Assembly: GCA_041665525.1 (NCBI GenBank)
Contig: JBAYIS010000003.1
Span: 150,129-214,128 of the forward strand
Direction of reading: 5' to 3'
DNA: 64,000 nt
DNA from: Bacteroidota bacterium
GTDB lineage: Bacteria > Bacteroidota > Ignavibacteria > UBA10030 > UBA8401
Under the pieces are notes generated by a model that did no database searches, had not been told where the DNA came from, and saw nothing but the letters and a program-made list of their open reading frames with translations. This document shows, piece after piece, positions 40,428-50,756 of the stretch (position 1 is the first letter of the stretch; the number at the start of each line of letters is the position of its first letter). The position numbers and the translations under genes were made by a program.

Positions 40428-41420
40428 TTACCGTAGAAAGGCATCCGCCGGCATACCGGATTTTAGGTCGCCTTCCGGATTCTCAACTTCCAGTTTTACA
40501 CCGAATACCAGTTTAGTCCGTTCATCCTTTGTCTGTACATTCCTCGGAGTGAATTCTGCGATAGGCGACACATAGACCACGGAAGCGGGATATTTTTTGT
40601 CCGGGTATGTATCAATACACACATCTGCCGCACCACCGATCTTCACCTTCCCTAATTCTGTTTCATTCACATAGATCATCAATTCCATCTGTTCCAGCCG
40701 GGAGATCCGAACCACGATGGTGCCGGTTCCGATCAACTCCCCCTCTTCTACAGGTTTATACGTGATCGTCCCCGGAACGGGAGCCAGGATATATGAATCA
40801 ACGATCTGTTTTCTGATGAGATTCGCCTGGGCGCGGGCTTGATCTACTCTGGCTTTCGCTGCGTTCAGATCCTCCGTGCGGGCAAAGTGCTGCAGTTTTT
40901 GGAGGTTATGTTTTGCCGTATTGTATTGCGCTTGCGTCACCGTCACACGGGATTCTGCATCTTCGAACTGTTTCGCCGAGACAGCGTGCGTTGTATACAA
41001 TTCTTTGATCCTATCAAAATCCGTTTTCGCCGTTCTATATCCTGATTCGGTCTGATGGACTGCCTCTTCTGCTGACTGTAGATCCTCCGAACGCGCGCCA
41101 TTCTTTAAAAGCTGATACTGTGCTTCGGCAAGATCCACGCCGGCTTGCGCCTGTTGAAGAAGCAGTTGCTGCGTTTCAGTATCGATAACGGCAAGAGTAT
41201 CTCCTTTATTCACTTTTGCTCCTTCTTGCACATGTAGACGAAGGATCTGTCCGGACACCTTCGACGCGACATTGACCTCCACCGATTCCAGGATCCCGCT
41301 CGATTCGATCATGCCGTTATTGTTTCCGCAACCGGCGAACTCAACAGCAGCAGAAAGAACTATCACTACTGCAATCCGTATTTTCCCTGCGGCAAATGCC
41401 GCTCTGTGATTGAATTTCAT
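40428..41420 (-). CDS. HlyD-family membrane fusion protein
   Basis: 330 aa with a signal/anchor sequence, coiled-coil centre, biotin-lipoyl-like and beta-barrel halves. Confidence 0.8.
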   Translation of the reverse strand: MKFNHRAAFAAGKIRIAVVIVLSAAVEFAGCGNNNGMIESSGILESVEVNVASKVSGQILRLHVQEGAKVNKGDTLAVIDTETQQLLLQQAQAGVDLAEAQYQLLKNGARSEDLQSAEEAVHQTESGYRTAKTDFDRIKELYTTHAVSAKQFEDAESRVTVTQAQYNTAKHNLQKLQHFARTEDLNAAKARVDQARAQANLIRKQIVDSYILAPVPGTITYKPVEEGELIGTGTIVVRISRLEQMELMIYVNETELGKVKIGGAADVCIDTYPDKKYPASVVYVSPIAEFTPRNVQTKDERTKLVFGVKLEVENPEGDLKSGMPADAFLR

Positions 41421-41429
41421 ATTCTCCTC

Positions 41430-42056
41430 TTATAGGATATTCATTTCATATTTGACAAATTCTTTTCGTGCCTCTTCCGTTAACGCGCCTTCGAAAATAA
41501 CGTGGAAGATGGTATACATCGCTTCCTTCGGCGAGAAGGCATGTTCTGCCAGTACATCCGGTGTGAGGATGTTTTGAAAACAGCTGGAGAGCATCATCAC
41601 AATTACTTCATCATTGATATCATTTCGGAAGACATTTTCCTTTTTTGCACGACGGATCATCTCAATCATTTTGTTGACGATATGTTCATGACGAAATTTT
41701 TCCGCTTCCACCCAGATAAACGGAGCGAACCGTTTCATATCCATTTGGAACGATTTGCTCAATCCCCCGAACGTTTTTCCGATATACAAGATGAGTTCCG
41801 CGAGCCGATGAACAAACGGTTTATCCTGCTCCGAAATGCGTTGCACTTCCTTTTCGACTTTTCGTAACACCATCCAGACAATGGTTTTCACCAACTCTTC
41901 TTTGCTTGGGAAATATTTGTACATCGTTTTTTTGCTAATACCCAGATCTGCGGATAATTCATCTAGTGTTACTTTGTTGAAACCCATTTTAAAAAATCTG
42001 TTTTTTGCCAATTCCAGAATTCTTTCTTTGGGCTCATTTTCTTTCATTACTTCCAT
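41430..42056 (-). CDS. TetR/AcrR-family transcriptional regulator
   Basis: 208 aa. N-terminal HTH ILELAKNRFFKMGFNKVTLDELSADLGISKKTMYKYF. Confidence 0.8.
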   Translation of the reverse strand: MEVMKENEPKERILELAKNRFFKMGFNKVTLDELSADLGISKKTMYKYFPSKEELVKTIVWMVLRKVEKEVQRISEQDKPFVHRLAELILYIGKTFGGLSKSFQMDMKRFAPFIWVEAEKFRHEHIVNKMIEMIRRAKKENVFRNDINDEVIVMMLSSCFQNILTPDVLAEHAFSPKEAMYTIFHVIFEGALTEEARKEFVKYEMNIL

Positions 42057-42116
42057 TTTTGCACCATTCCAATTCTACTGGATACTTTTATATTATTTAT
42101 AGTTTCCTAGTGTATC

Positions 42117-42142
42117 AAAAAAAACCATTGAGACAATGGTTG
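42117..42142 (-). terminator. Rho-independent terminator downstream of panB
   Basis: aaaaaaaa-aaccattg-aga-caatggtt. The minus-strand RNA forms an 8-bp hairpin followed by an 8-U tract. Confidence 0.65.
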
Positions 42143-42222
42143 TATCAGTTGAAAACTTTAATCGTATCTTCCGTTTCCATAATACGAGGATAATTCTTTT
42201 TTGTCAAGTATTTTTTCCTTTT

Positions 42223-43041
42223 CTAATAGCTCTCTTTTTTTGTAGGGAATTTTGAGGATTTAACATCCGCAATGTATGCTTCGAATGCAGTTCTTATCGT
42301 TTCAGACAAATTCGCATATTGTCGGACAAAGCGGGGACGGAACTGTTCGTTCATGCCGAGCATGTCATTAGTAACAAGCACCTGACCGTCGCATCCGGTA
42401 CCGGCACCAATTCCGATGGTGGCACAGGAAACTGCTTTTGTTACTTTCGCAGCCAACGAGTCCGGAATCTTTTCGAGGACGATGCCGAATACTCCGGCTT
42501 TATCCAGCATTTTTGCATCTTCGATAAGTTGCTTTGCTTCAGCAGATTCTTTCGCCCGCACTTCATACGTACCGAACTTATAGATCGATTGCGGAGTCAA
42601 GCCAAGATGTCCCATCACCGGAATGCCTATATCCACCAACTGTTCAATAAGAGGAACGATCCTTTTCCCCCCTTCCATCTTCACTGCTTCAGCACCGGAC
42701 TCTTTCAGCAGACGGCCGCAATTGCGGACCGCTTCCTTGATATCGACCTGGTAGGACATGAAAGGCATATCGGCAACTAGCATGGCACGTTTCACTGCCC
42801 GACGCACAACTTTTGTATGATAGATGATCTCATCGATCGTTACCGGAATGGTTGTTTCCAAACCTTGAAAAACATTCGCGACTGAATCGCCGACAAGAAT
42901 AATGTCGATCCCCGCATCATCCAGCAGCCGTGCCGTTGAAAAATCATATGCCGTCAGCATGGCGATCTTCTCCCCTTTTTGTTTCATCGCCAGGACAACC
43001 TTCGTGGTGATCCGTTTATAGTCTGACGTTTGGGTACTCAT
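42223..43041 (-). CDS. panB: 3-methyl-2-oxobutanoate hydroxymethyltransferase
   Basis: 272 aa. [25 protein letters not shown] and the KMEGG region. Confidence 0.85.
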   Translation of the reverse strand: MSTQTSDYKRITTKVVLAMKQKGEKIAMLTAYDFSTARLLDDAGIDIILVGDSVANVFQGLETTIPVTIDEIIYHTKVVRRAVKRAMLVADMPFMSYQVDIKEAVRNCGRLLKESGAEAVKMEGGKRIVPLIEQLVDIGIPVMGHLGLTPQSIYKFGTYEVRAKESAEAKQLIEDAKMLDKAGVFGIVLEKIPDSLAAKVTKAVSCATIGIGAGTGCDGQVLVTNDMLGMNEQFRPRFVRQYANLSETIRTAFEAYIADVKSSKFPTKKESY

Positions 43042-43814
43042 AGGACCGCCTCAATGGTTTTTTCAAAATGGATATTCATTGCTTCTTCAAATCCTGTACG
43101 CACAATGGATGTGGTTTCCTCAAACGTTACGATACGGCCGAGAGCAGACGAAAGATCGATCGTTTTATTGTCGATATCGTTCATGATCTTCTCTTTGATA
43201 CTGTTGTTCTCAACGTGCAGAATCTCAGCGAGCAGCCGGTGTTCTTTCCCCAACAGAATCGAACCATGCTGCAAAACTATTTCAGGAAATTGTTCTGAAG
43301 AAAACCGCCGCTGCGCACTTCCGACCAGTTTCTTTCCGTTGATCTGTACTTCATACCGTGCTGACGCAGAAAAGCATGGGATCGATTCTTGCTTTTTATA
43401 GAATGCTTGAAAATTCGGCTGAGAAGTCTCGTAAGCAACATCGGCACATAACTTAGACAGTCCAGCGACAAGCGCTTTACTAATCATCGAATACGTTTCC
43501 GTGATGCCCTTTCCCCCGGAGGCCATGACGATAGAATAGGTCAGTTCATTGGCATGCAATACTGCACGGCCGCCGGTGGGCCGCCGTACAATTTCGATCC
43601 CGAATTCAGAACATTTGTCTTTGTCGATATCCAGTTCCGATTGGTTGTATCCGAGAGAGACCGCCCATGGTTTCCATCCGTATAAACGAAGAGTCGGAGG
43701 AATTTCACCGCGCTGCAATCGCTGGGCTAGCGCGATATCTTGTTCCATATTTTGGGTGCCGGTGCAGAACCCGGATTCGATACAATGCCACAGCCGGTCG
43801 GAAGAATCGCTCAT
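43038..43814 (-). CDS. Lipoate-protein ligase / octanoyltransferase family protein (BPL/LPL catalytic domain)
   Basis: 258 aa. [16 protein letters not shown]...[11 protein letters not shown] resembles the LplA/LipM catalytic core. Confidence 0.6.
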   Translation of the reverse strand: MSDSSDRLWHCIESGFCTGTQNMEQDIALAQRLQRGEIPPTLRLYGWKPWAVSLGYNQSELDIDKDKCSEFGIEIVRRPTGGRAVLHANELTYSIVMASGGKGITETYSMISKALVAGLSKLCADVAYETSQPNFQAFYKKQESIPCFSASARYEVQINGKKLVGSAQRRFSSEQFPEIVLQHGSILLGKEHRLLAEILHVENNSIKEKIMNDIDNKTIDLSSALGRIVTFEETTSIVRTGFEEAMNIHFEKTIEAVL

Positions 43815-43820
43815 AGCCGT

Positions 43821-44627
43821 TTATTCCCCGCTCGAGGAATGCCGCCGGGCAGTAATGATGCCCCGTTTAGAAGCTTCAATAAAATCAAGAAGATTTTGAA
43901 TTTCGAGTGTGATCGCCATTGTTGACTTGATCTTTTCCACACCCTGGCTCACGTTTAATTTGGAAAGATAGAGTATACGATATGCATCGTTCAACGCGTC
44001 GAGTGCTTCCTTCGAAAATCCCCGTCGCCGCAGGCCGATGATATTCAAACGCTCGAACGAAACTGGCCAGCCGCCGGCTATGATATAGGGAGGGACATCC
44101 TTCGGGATACGAAAATGCCCGCCGATCATCGTGTGTGCGCCGATGGTGACGAACTGATGGATTGCCGAGAGTCCGCCGATGATGGCATAGTCCTGGATTG
44201 TGATATGCCCGGCCATCTGCACAGAGTTGGCAATTATGACATTGTTGCCGATGACGCAATCGTGCGCAACGTGAACATAGGCCATTAACAGGCAATTGCT
44301 GCCGACAGATGATTTGAGATGCTGTTTTGCAGTGCCGCGATTGAGTGTGCAAAATTCGCGGATGGTCGAGTTGTCCCCTAACTCGAAAAGCGTCGGTTCA
44401 TTTTTGTAGGAAAGGTCCTGCGGCGGAGTGGATACGACCGCTCCTTTATGAATCTTGCAATTTTTTCCGATGCGAGCACCGTTTGCAATGAGCGTGTGCG
44501 GACCGATATAGGTTCCTTCACCGATCGTGACATCATCCTCGATGATGGCATACGGATCGACGACAACGCCTTCCGCGATCTGTGCTTTGCCGCTGACAAT
44601 GGCAGTAGAATGAATTTGCGTAGGCAT
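43821..44627 (-). CDS. lpxA: Acyl-ACP--UDP-N-acetylglucosamine O-acyltransferase
   Basis: 268 aa left-handed beta-helix with hexapeptide repeats. Sits at the LpxA position of the lpx cluster. Confidence 0.85.
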   Translation of the reverse strand: MPTQIHSTAIVSGKAQIAEGVVVDPYAIIEDDVTIGEGTYIGPHTLIANGARIGKNCKIHKGAVVSTPPQDLSYKNEPTLFELGDNSTIREFCTLNRGTAKQHLKSSVGSNCLLMAYVHVAHDCVIGNNVIIANSVQMAGHITIQDYAIIGGLSAIHQFVTIGAHTMIGGHFRIPKDVPPYIIAGGWPVSFERLNIIGLRRRGFSKEALDALNDAYRILYLSKLNVSQGVEKIKSTMAITLEIQNLLDFIEASKRGIITARRHSSSGE

Positions 44628-44633
44628 AGGAGA

Positions 44634-46064
44634 TTAAGAATTTGGAGTTTTCGGCCTGTCGACGATTGTCGCCATCATTTCCGCTTCACACACGAGCTGC
44701 CCGTCCACATATGCTTCGCCTCTCATCGTGCACACTTTGCTGCGCCGGTTCACCATTGTGAGTTCATACACCAGTTGGTCACCCGGCACCACCTGGCGTC
44801 TGAATTTTGCATTATTGATCCCCATGAACAACACCAACCGATCATTCGTGTCCGATCCGTCCAGCAGCAGAATACCCCCCGTTTGCGCCATTCCCTCGAT
44901 AATCAACACTCCAGGCATTACCGGTGCACCGGGAAAATGCCCTTGAAAGAACTGCTCGTTCATTGAAACACTTTTTACACCGACACACCGCTCGTTTAGT
45001 TGGAATTCCACGATCTTATCAACAAGCAGGAAAGGATAACGGTGCGGGAGGATACGCTGCAATGCATTGACGTCGAATACGACTCCATGCTTCTTTTCAT
45101 GTTGATACTTTTTGACAATCTTTTTCTGTTGATATAGCTTCCTAACGACCTTCGCGAACTCCACATTTGCTGCATGTCCGGGACGCGCAGCGAGGATATG
45201 CCCTTTGAGCGGAACACCAATCAGTGCTAGATCTCCGAGCATGTCCAGCAGTTTATGTCGCGCAGGTTCATTCTTAAATCGGAGCGCTTTATTGTTAATC
45301 GGCTGTCCATGTCCGCCCAGAAAGATCGATTCTTTAATTCCAAGTTTATCCGCCACTCGCCGTAATTCTTCGTCCGGCAGGTCCTGGTCCGCAATGACGA
45401 TTGCATTATCCAGCGTTCCGCCTTTGATCAAACCAGCCTCTCGCAATTGTTCCACTTCATGAAGGAAGCAAAACGTACGGCACATCGAAAATTCTGGAAT
45501 AAATTCCTGTTCGAGATTAAACAATCCTGTATGCTGACTTCCTAGCGCCGGATTGTTGTAGTCCACCATTACCGTCATACGGAAATCATCCGTCGGCAGC
45601 GCGACAATATGAACTCCGCGCTTCTCATCCTTATATTCTACCATTTGATCGATTACAAGATAGTCTTTCGGAGCATCCTGCATTTCGAATCCTGCTTCCT
45701 GAAGCACGTCCGCATACGGTTTTGCGCTTCCGTCTCCGACCGGCGGTTCAATGCCGTCCAGATCGATGATGATGTTGTCGATCAATAATCCAACGACAGC
45801 TGCAAGTACATGCTCCGTGGTATGCACTCGCACTTCGCCTATTCCGAGCGTTGTTCCGCGCGCAACATCGACCACATGGTCAACATCTGCGGGGATCTCC
45901 GGCGAGCCGCCGATATCTACGCGGCGGAACCGGATGCCGTAATTTTCCGGCGCGGGACGGAACGTCATGGTACACTGCGTACCGGTGTGCAATCCGACTC
46001 CGGAAAGGGAGACAGGCTTTTTGATTGTACGTTGTTGAACTAACATCGAACCTCCATCATTCAA
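44634..46064 (-). CDS. lpxC/fabZ: Bifunctional UDP-3-O-acyl-GlcNAc deacetylase / 3-hydroxyacyl-ACP dehydratase (LpxC-FabZ fusion)
   Basis: 476 aa. N-terminal LpxC (SLSGVGLHTG, HTTEHVLAA) and C-terminal FabZ hot-dog (LPHRYPFLLVDKI...GHFPG.PVMPGVL). Confidence 0.85.
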   Translation of the reverse strand: MNDGGSMLVQQRTIKKPVSLSGVGLHTGTQCTMTFRPAPENYGIRFRRVDIGGSPEIPADVDHVVDVARGTTLGIGEVRVHTTEHVLAAVVGLLIDNIIIDLDGIEPPVGDGSAKPYADVLQEAGFEMQDAPKDYLVIDQMVEYKDEKRGVHIVALPTDDFRMTVMVDYNNPALGSQHTGLFNLEQEFIPEFSMCRTFCFLHEVEQLREAGLIKGGTLDNAIVIADQDLPDEELRRVADKLGIKESIFLGGHGQPINNKALRFKNEPARHKLLDMLGDLALIGVPLKGHILAARPGHAANVEFAKVVRKLYQQKKIVKKYQHEKKHGVVFDVNALQRILPHRYPFLLVDKIVEFQLNERCVGVKSVSMNEQFFQGHFPGAPVMPGVLIIEGMAQTGGILLLDGSDTNDRLVLFMGINNAKFRRQVVPGDQLVYELTMVNRRSKVCTMRGEAYVDGQLVCEAEMMATIVDRPKTPNS

Positions 46065-46092
46065 AATACAGATGTTGCAGCATCTGCCGTAT

Positions 46093-47154
46093 TCATTTTT
46101 TCAATTGAGCAATTTCTTTTTCAAGTCTTTCGACCATTTCTTTTAACTCCCGCATTTCCGTCAACAGATCCGGCAGTGAGCGAGACGCTGCTTCGATCTT
46201 TCGCCACTTTCCCGCTTCTTTCGCCGGGTATCCGGAATAGGTCATGCCCGCATGATCTAATGCCCGCGAAACTATAGAACCTCCGGCGACCTTGACTTCA
46301 TCCGCAGTAAAAACATGTCCGGTAATCGCTACGGCGCCGCCGATCATATTCCTGTTCCCGATTTTAGTGCTGCCGGCAACTCCGCTGGATCCGGCTATGA
46401 CTGTATCTTCGCCGACAATAACATTGTGAGCGATCTGCACGAGATTGTCGAGCTTCGTGCCGCGTTTGATCCGGGTCTCTCCGAGCGTAGCACGATCGAT
46501 ACAGGCGTTTGCCTGAACCTCAACATCATCTTCCAATACGACAATCCCTAATTGCGGGATCTTCTGATAGCTTGAATCTTTTTTCGGAGCAAAACCAAAT
46601 CCATCCCCGCCGATTACCGCACCCGGCTGAATGATCACCCGATTACCGATGACACATTCTTCTCTCACTGTCACGTGAGAATAGAACAGACAATCGTTTC
46701 CGATTTTCGCGTTCCTTCCGACGACAACATGCGGATGGATGGTCGTATTGTCTCCAATGACAGTATCCTCACCGACAACGACGTAGGCACCGATCGAACA
46801 ATCTTTTCCGATCCGGGCTGTCGACGCAATCACGGCGGTCGGATGGACACCTATTTCAACATTGATCTTCTTAGGTGCGAACTTTTCAATGGCAAAAACG
46901 AACGAGGTGTAGGGATCATCAAGTTTTATGAGCGACGGGGGAAGTTTCGAATACTTCGACGGATCAAAACTGCGGCTGACCAGCACACACGAGGCGCCGG
47001 TCATTTCGGCGTATTTCTCGTACTTCGGATTGGCGATAAATGCCAGCATGCCGCTGCCCGCCTCTTCGATCTTGGCAACACCAGTGATATTGATCGAACC
47101 ATCGCCGATCACTTCACCCTCCAATAGTGCCGCTATGTTCTGAACTGTGATCAT
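46093..47154 (-). CDS. lpxD: UDP-3-O-(3-hydroxyacyl)glucosamine N-acyltransferase
   Basis: 353 aa. LpxD N-terminal domain plus hexapeptide beta-helix, with a C-terminal coiled coil. Confidence 0.85.
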   Translation of the reverse strand: MITVQNIAALLEGEVIGDGSINITGVAKIEEAGSGMLAFIANPKYEKYAEMTGASCVLVSRSFDPSKYSKLPPSLIKLDDPYTSFVFAIEKFAPKKINVEIGVHPTAVIASTARIGKDCSIGAYVVVGEDTVIGDNTTIHPHVVVGRNAKIGNDCLFYSHVTVREECVIGNRVIIQPGAVIGGDGFGFAPKKDSSYQKIPQLGIVVLEDDVEVQANACIDRATLGETRIKRGTKLDNLVQIAHNVIVGEDTVIAGSSGVAGSTKIGNRNMIGGAVAITGHVFTADEVKVAGGSIVSRALDHAGMTYSGYPAKEAGKWRKIEAASRSLPDLLTEMRELKEMVERLEKEIAQLKK

Positions 47155-47194
47155 ACAAACGAAAACGAGTCCCGAAAATTCAGGACTCGCTTGA

Positions 47195-47710
47195 CTATTT
47201 TTGGAGTAAATTTTCGAGAACCTTCTGGGTGAGATCGTGTTTCGCGTTAGCGAAGAGCAGGAGCGTTGAACTGCTCCTATCTATGACGTAATCATACGAT
47301 TCCTCATCCGCTACATCCTTCACTGCTTTGAAAATCTTTTCCTGGACCGGCTTCATCAGTTCGTTCTGTTTTGTGAACATCTCTCCGCTGGTACCGAATT
47401 TCTGATTGCGGAAATCGACAATCTTCTTGTCCAAATCCTGGAGTTCCTTCTCCACTTCCGACCGACGTTTGTCGGACATGATCAGCTTTCGCTTATCGTA
47501 GTCTTCCACTTTTTTTTGCAAATCGCCCGCCATCTGATTCAGATCTGCCTGCCATTGTGAGGCGATGGCATCCAATTGTTTCTGGGCATCCTGGGCTTCC
47601 GGCAGTTGTTCCATTATTGTGGCGGAATTGATAAAGGCGATCTTTGTTTGCGCTGCCGAGGGAAGCACAGAAGCAGCGAGCAAAGCGAGAATGAACACTG
47701 ATTTCTTCAT
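47195..47710 (-). CDS. skp: OmpH/Skp periplasmic chaperone
   Basis: 171 aa. Signal peptide and a long coiled-coil with KIAFINSATIMEQLPEAQ start, typical of Skp. Confidence 0.75.
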   Translation of the reverse strand: MKKSVFILALLAASVLPSAAQTKIAFINSATIMEQLPEAQDAQKQLDAIASQWQADLNQMAGDLQKKVEDYDKRKLIMSDKRRSEVEKELQDLDKKIVDFRNQKFGTSGEMFTKQNELMKPVQEKIFKAVKDVADEESYDYVIDRSSSTLLLFANAKHDLTQKVLENLLQK

Positions 47711-47791
47711 AGGGATCCTTATATGAAAGTGTCAGGCGCGGCATCACTTCTTTCTGCGAGCCGATCTCCCGGGAACGTAATGCAACGGCGG

Positions 47792-48304
47792 TTATTTAGC
47801 CCCGCGCTTCAGCATATCCAGCACTTTGTATGTATAATCGAACTGTGGATCGGCGTAGAGCACCGGTACTTCGGTTGCGCGATCCAATACGAAGGAAAGT
47901 TTTTGTTCCTTAGCAACCTTTTCGATCGCTTTAAACACTTTTTCCTGGATCGGTTTCATGATCTTATCGCGCTGGACTGCAAGTTCCTGTTGTTTTTCCT
48001 GGCGATATTGGTTCAACTTCTGTTCGTCCTCGACCAGTTCTTTCTGTTTCACCTGCTTGGTGGACTCGTTCAGCATGCTTGCCTGTTTTTGGTACTCTTC
48101 ATATTTTGCCTGCAGTGCCTGACCGCGTTTTTCAATCTCATCCTGCCAGCCTTTTAAAATGCCTTCCAGTTTCGCCTGGGAATCTTTCGCTTCCGGCAAC
48201 TCCTTAATGATCGTTTCGGAATTCACATAACCGATCTTCAATGCCGGCTGCTGGGCAATTGCTGCCACGGAACAAATGAGAAGAACAAAAAATAACTTTT
48301 TCAC
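47792..48304 (-). CDS. skp: OmpH/Skp periplasmic chaperone (second copy)
   Basis: 170 aa paralog (KIGYVNSETIIKELPEAKD). Tandem skp genes are typical of Bacteroidetes-like lpx clusters. Confidence 0.75.
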   Translation of the reverse strand: MKKLFFVLLICSVAAIAQQPALKIGYVNSETIIKELPEAKDSQAKLEGILKGWQDEIEKRGQALQAKYEEYQKQASMLNESTKQVKQKELVEDEQKLNQYRQEKQQELAVQRDKIMKPIQEKVFKAIEKVAKEQKLSFVLDRATEVPVLYADPQFDYTYKVLDMLKRGAK

Positions 48305-48356
48305 GATAACCTCTTTTGATTGATGTAAATGAATGATTGAAAAATTTTATACCGTA

Positions 48357-50756
48357 TTAAAATCCGCGTCCAAACTGGAAATGGAATTTCCATCCTGCGG
48401 GGCTTTTAATGCCTGCATCGACATTGTCATACCCGTAACCGTAATCGAATCCCAGCAAGCCGATCGGGTTGATGAGCAAACGGGCGCCGAGACCAGCTGA
48501 GCGCTTCAGATCGAACATCTCCGATTTTGCCAGATTCTCCCAGGTGTTGCCTGCTTCTGCAAACGCTAGAAAGTAAATGGGAATTGGATTAAGTGCAACA
48601 TTAAAACGAAGTTCCGCTGTGTGCTTCGCCATAGCGTGCGCAGGGATGTACTGTCCGCCGGCATTTACCGGCCCAATGCTGCGGTCCTCATAACCGCGCA
48701 GCGGTGTGGTAGCGATTTGTCCCAGACCGGTACCGCCCATGTAGTACGTTTCGATGTACGGAACGTACGAATCTTTTTTGTAGGGAAAAATCGCTCCCAC
48801 CTGGGAACCAAAATAGAGCGCCACCCGTGAACTGTTGAGCACCGGCATATACCAATCCACAGAAAAGAGATGTTTATTATACTGTGCTGTTCCGGGTAAT
48901 ATCGGCGCTCCGGCAATTTCAGTGAAGAGGGAAATATTGCTCCCTTGAGTGGGGAATAACGGACTGTTGACACTGTTTCGCTGAATTACCTGCGAAATGC
49001 TTAGTTGACTGGACTGGCCTTGCTGATAGTAATATGAGGATCCGACATTTTGGACATCGAGTCTCTGGAAACGGAAGGTCCATGTAGCGCTGAAATAGTC
49101 ATCCGGGAATTTGAAGCGTCGCCCGAGACTGATTGTTCCTCCCTGTTGATGAATTGAATAATAATAATCCTGTTTGGTATCGTACAAACTGAAACCGAAT
49201 GAGGTCGGAGTATCGTACACCCACGGTTCGCGGAACGAGACGGAAAAGGTCCTATAGCGTGAACCTTCACCAAACTGCCAATCGAAGTTCAACACCTGCC
49301 CGCCGCCGCCCGAGAATGGTTCGGTAATATCAAAATTGTTAAACGTAAGGCCAAGCGCGCCGGTCGCACCAAATGCGCCGCTGTATCCAACTGATGCATT
49401 AAAAGTGTCGCTCGACTTTTCCTCCACTTCCAGTACAATATCGACATTTTTATCATCGACAAATTTCGTATCCGGTTTGATCTTTTCGGGATTAAAGTAA
49501 TTCAGCACGGACAATTGACGGATACTGCGAATGATATTGGAACGGCTGAAATAATCTCCAGGGCGGACATAGAGTTCACGTCGGATCACCCGTTCCTGCG
49601 TTTTCGTATTTCCCCGGATCTCCACTCCTGCGATCTTGAACTGATTCCGTTCACGCACACGGATAGCGATATCGATTTCATTCTCTCCGATCTTATGCTC
49701 CTCCGGTTCGAGCTGCACGGTGAGATATCCGTTATCCAGATACATGGAGGCAACATCGGTCTGATCCTGATTGCCGCGGAGATTCTGTTCGAATTTCTCC
49801 ATATCATACACTTCGCCGGGCAGGAATCCGAGCCGCTGCTCCAATGCTTCGGTCGGGAAGACGGTATTCCCTTCCCATGTTATGTTGCGGATCTTGAATT
49901 GCGGTCCTTCAAAGACCACGAGTTTCAGGATAATGTCTTCCTTGTCCTCGCTGAAGACAACGGAATCGGAAACCAATTCCGCATCGCGGAATCCGTTCTT
50001 CTTGTAGAACTCGACCAGTTTCTTTTTCGCTTCATCGTATTTCTTTCGTTCCAGTTTTCCGGAGCGCCAGAATTTCCACCAGGAGGTTGTATTCACATCC
50101 GGAAGTTCACTTTCCAGTTCATCATCCTCAAAATGGGTATTGCCGAAGAATTGGATCTCGCGCACTCGAGCGTCATAACCTTCGTCAACAGTAAATTTCA
50201 GTATCTTCCTTCCTTTTGACGATGCATCCGGTGCGTCGATCAGTTCGGATGAAATCTGCGCCTGCAAATATCCCTCTTCCTCATACGCTTTCTTGATAAC
50301 CTTTGAGACTCTACTGATTTCCTGCGGTGAGATGATTTGTCCTTTGGTCAGGTTAATCTTCTTGTCAAGATCGTCCGCATCCAGTTCTTCATTGCCGGCG
50401 TATTCCACTTTTTCCAGCCGGGGAAATTCCTCCACCATAATCAACAGATAGACACCGTTTTCGATGAAGTTTTCCGCCTGAATATCCACATTCGCAAAGA
50501 TCTTCAGATTCCAGAGCCTGAGGATCGCGTTCCGCGTCTGCTCACCGGGAACGGTGATCTCGTCACCGATCTTCAAACCGGAATTCCCGATAATTGCTGC
50601 CGGTTCGGAAAGTTTATTTCCTGCAACACTGATGCCGAGGATCTTATACTGCTTTTGCTGCAATCCCTGCTGTGCAAACAACATTCCGCTGACGCAGAGA
50701 AGCGCAATACCTATTTGTCGTATAGTCATTATAATTCGATTAGATTCCTGAAACAC
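48357..50756 (-). CDS. bamA: Outer membrane protein assembly factor BamA
   Basis: 799 aa. Signal peptide, 5 POTRA-like repeats, C-terminal Omp85 barrel ending in the aromatic GRGF. Confidence 0.85.
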   Translation of the reverse strand: MFQESNRIIMTIRQIGIALLCVSGMLFAQQGLQQKQYKILGISVAGNKLSEPAAIIGNSGLKIGDEITVPGEQTRNAILRLWNLKIFANVDIQAENFIENGVYLLIMVEEFPRLEKVEYAGNEELDADDLDKKINLTKGQIISPQEISRVSKVIKKAYEEEGYLQAQISSELIDAPDASSKGRKILKFTVDEGYDARVREIQFFGNTHFEDDELESELPDVNTTSWWKFWRSGKLERKKYDEAKKKLVEFYKKNGFRDAELVSDSVVFSEDKEDIILKLVVFEGPQFKIRNITWEGNTVFPTEALEQRLGFLPGEVYDMEKFEQNLRGNQDQTDVASMYLDNGYLTVQLEPEEHKIGENEIDIAIRVRERNQFKIAGVEIRGNTKTQERVIRRELYVRPGDYFSRSNIIRSIRQLSVLNYFNPEKIKPDTKFVDDKNVDIVLEVEEKSSDTFNASVGYSGAFGATGALGLTFNNFDITEPFSGGGGQVLNFDWQFGEGSRYRTFSVSFREPWVYDTPTSFGFSLYDTKQDYYYSIHQQGGTISLGRRFKFPDDYFSATWTFRFQRLDVQNVGSSYYYQQGQSSQLSISQVIQRNSVNSPLFPTQGSNISLFTEIAGAPILPGTAQYNKHLFSVDWYMPVLNSSRVALYFGSQVGAIFPYKKDSYVPYIETYYMGGTGLGQIATTPLRGYEDRSIGPVNAGGQYIPAHAMAKHTAELRFNVALNPIPIYFLAFAEAGNTWENLAKSEMFDLKRSAGLGARLLINPIGLLGFDYGYGYDNVDAGIKSPAGWKFHFQFGRGF

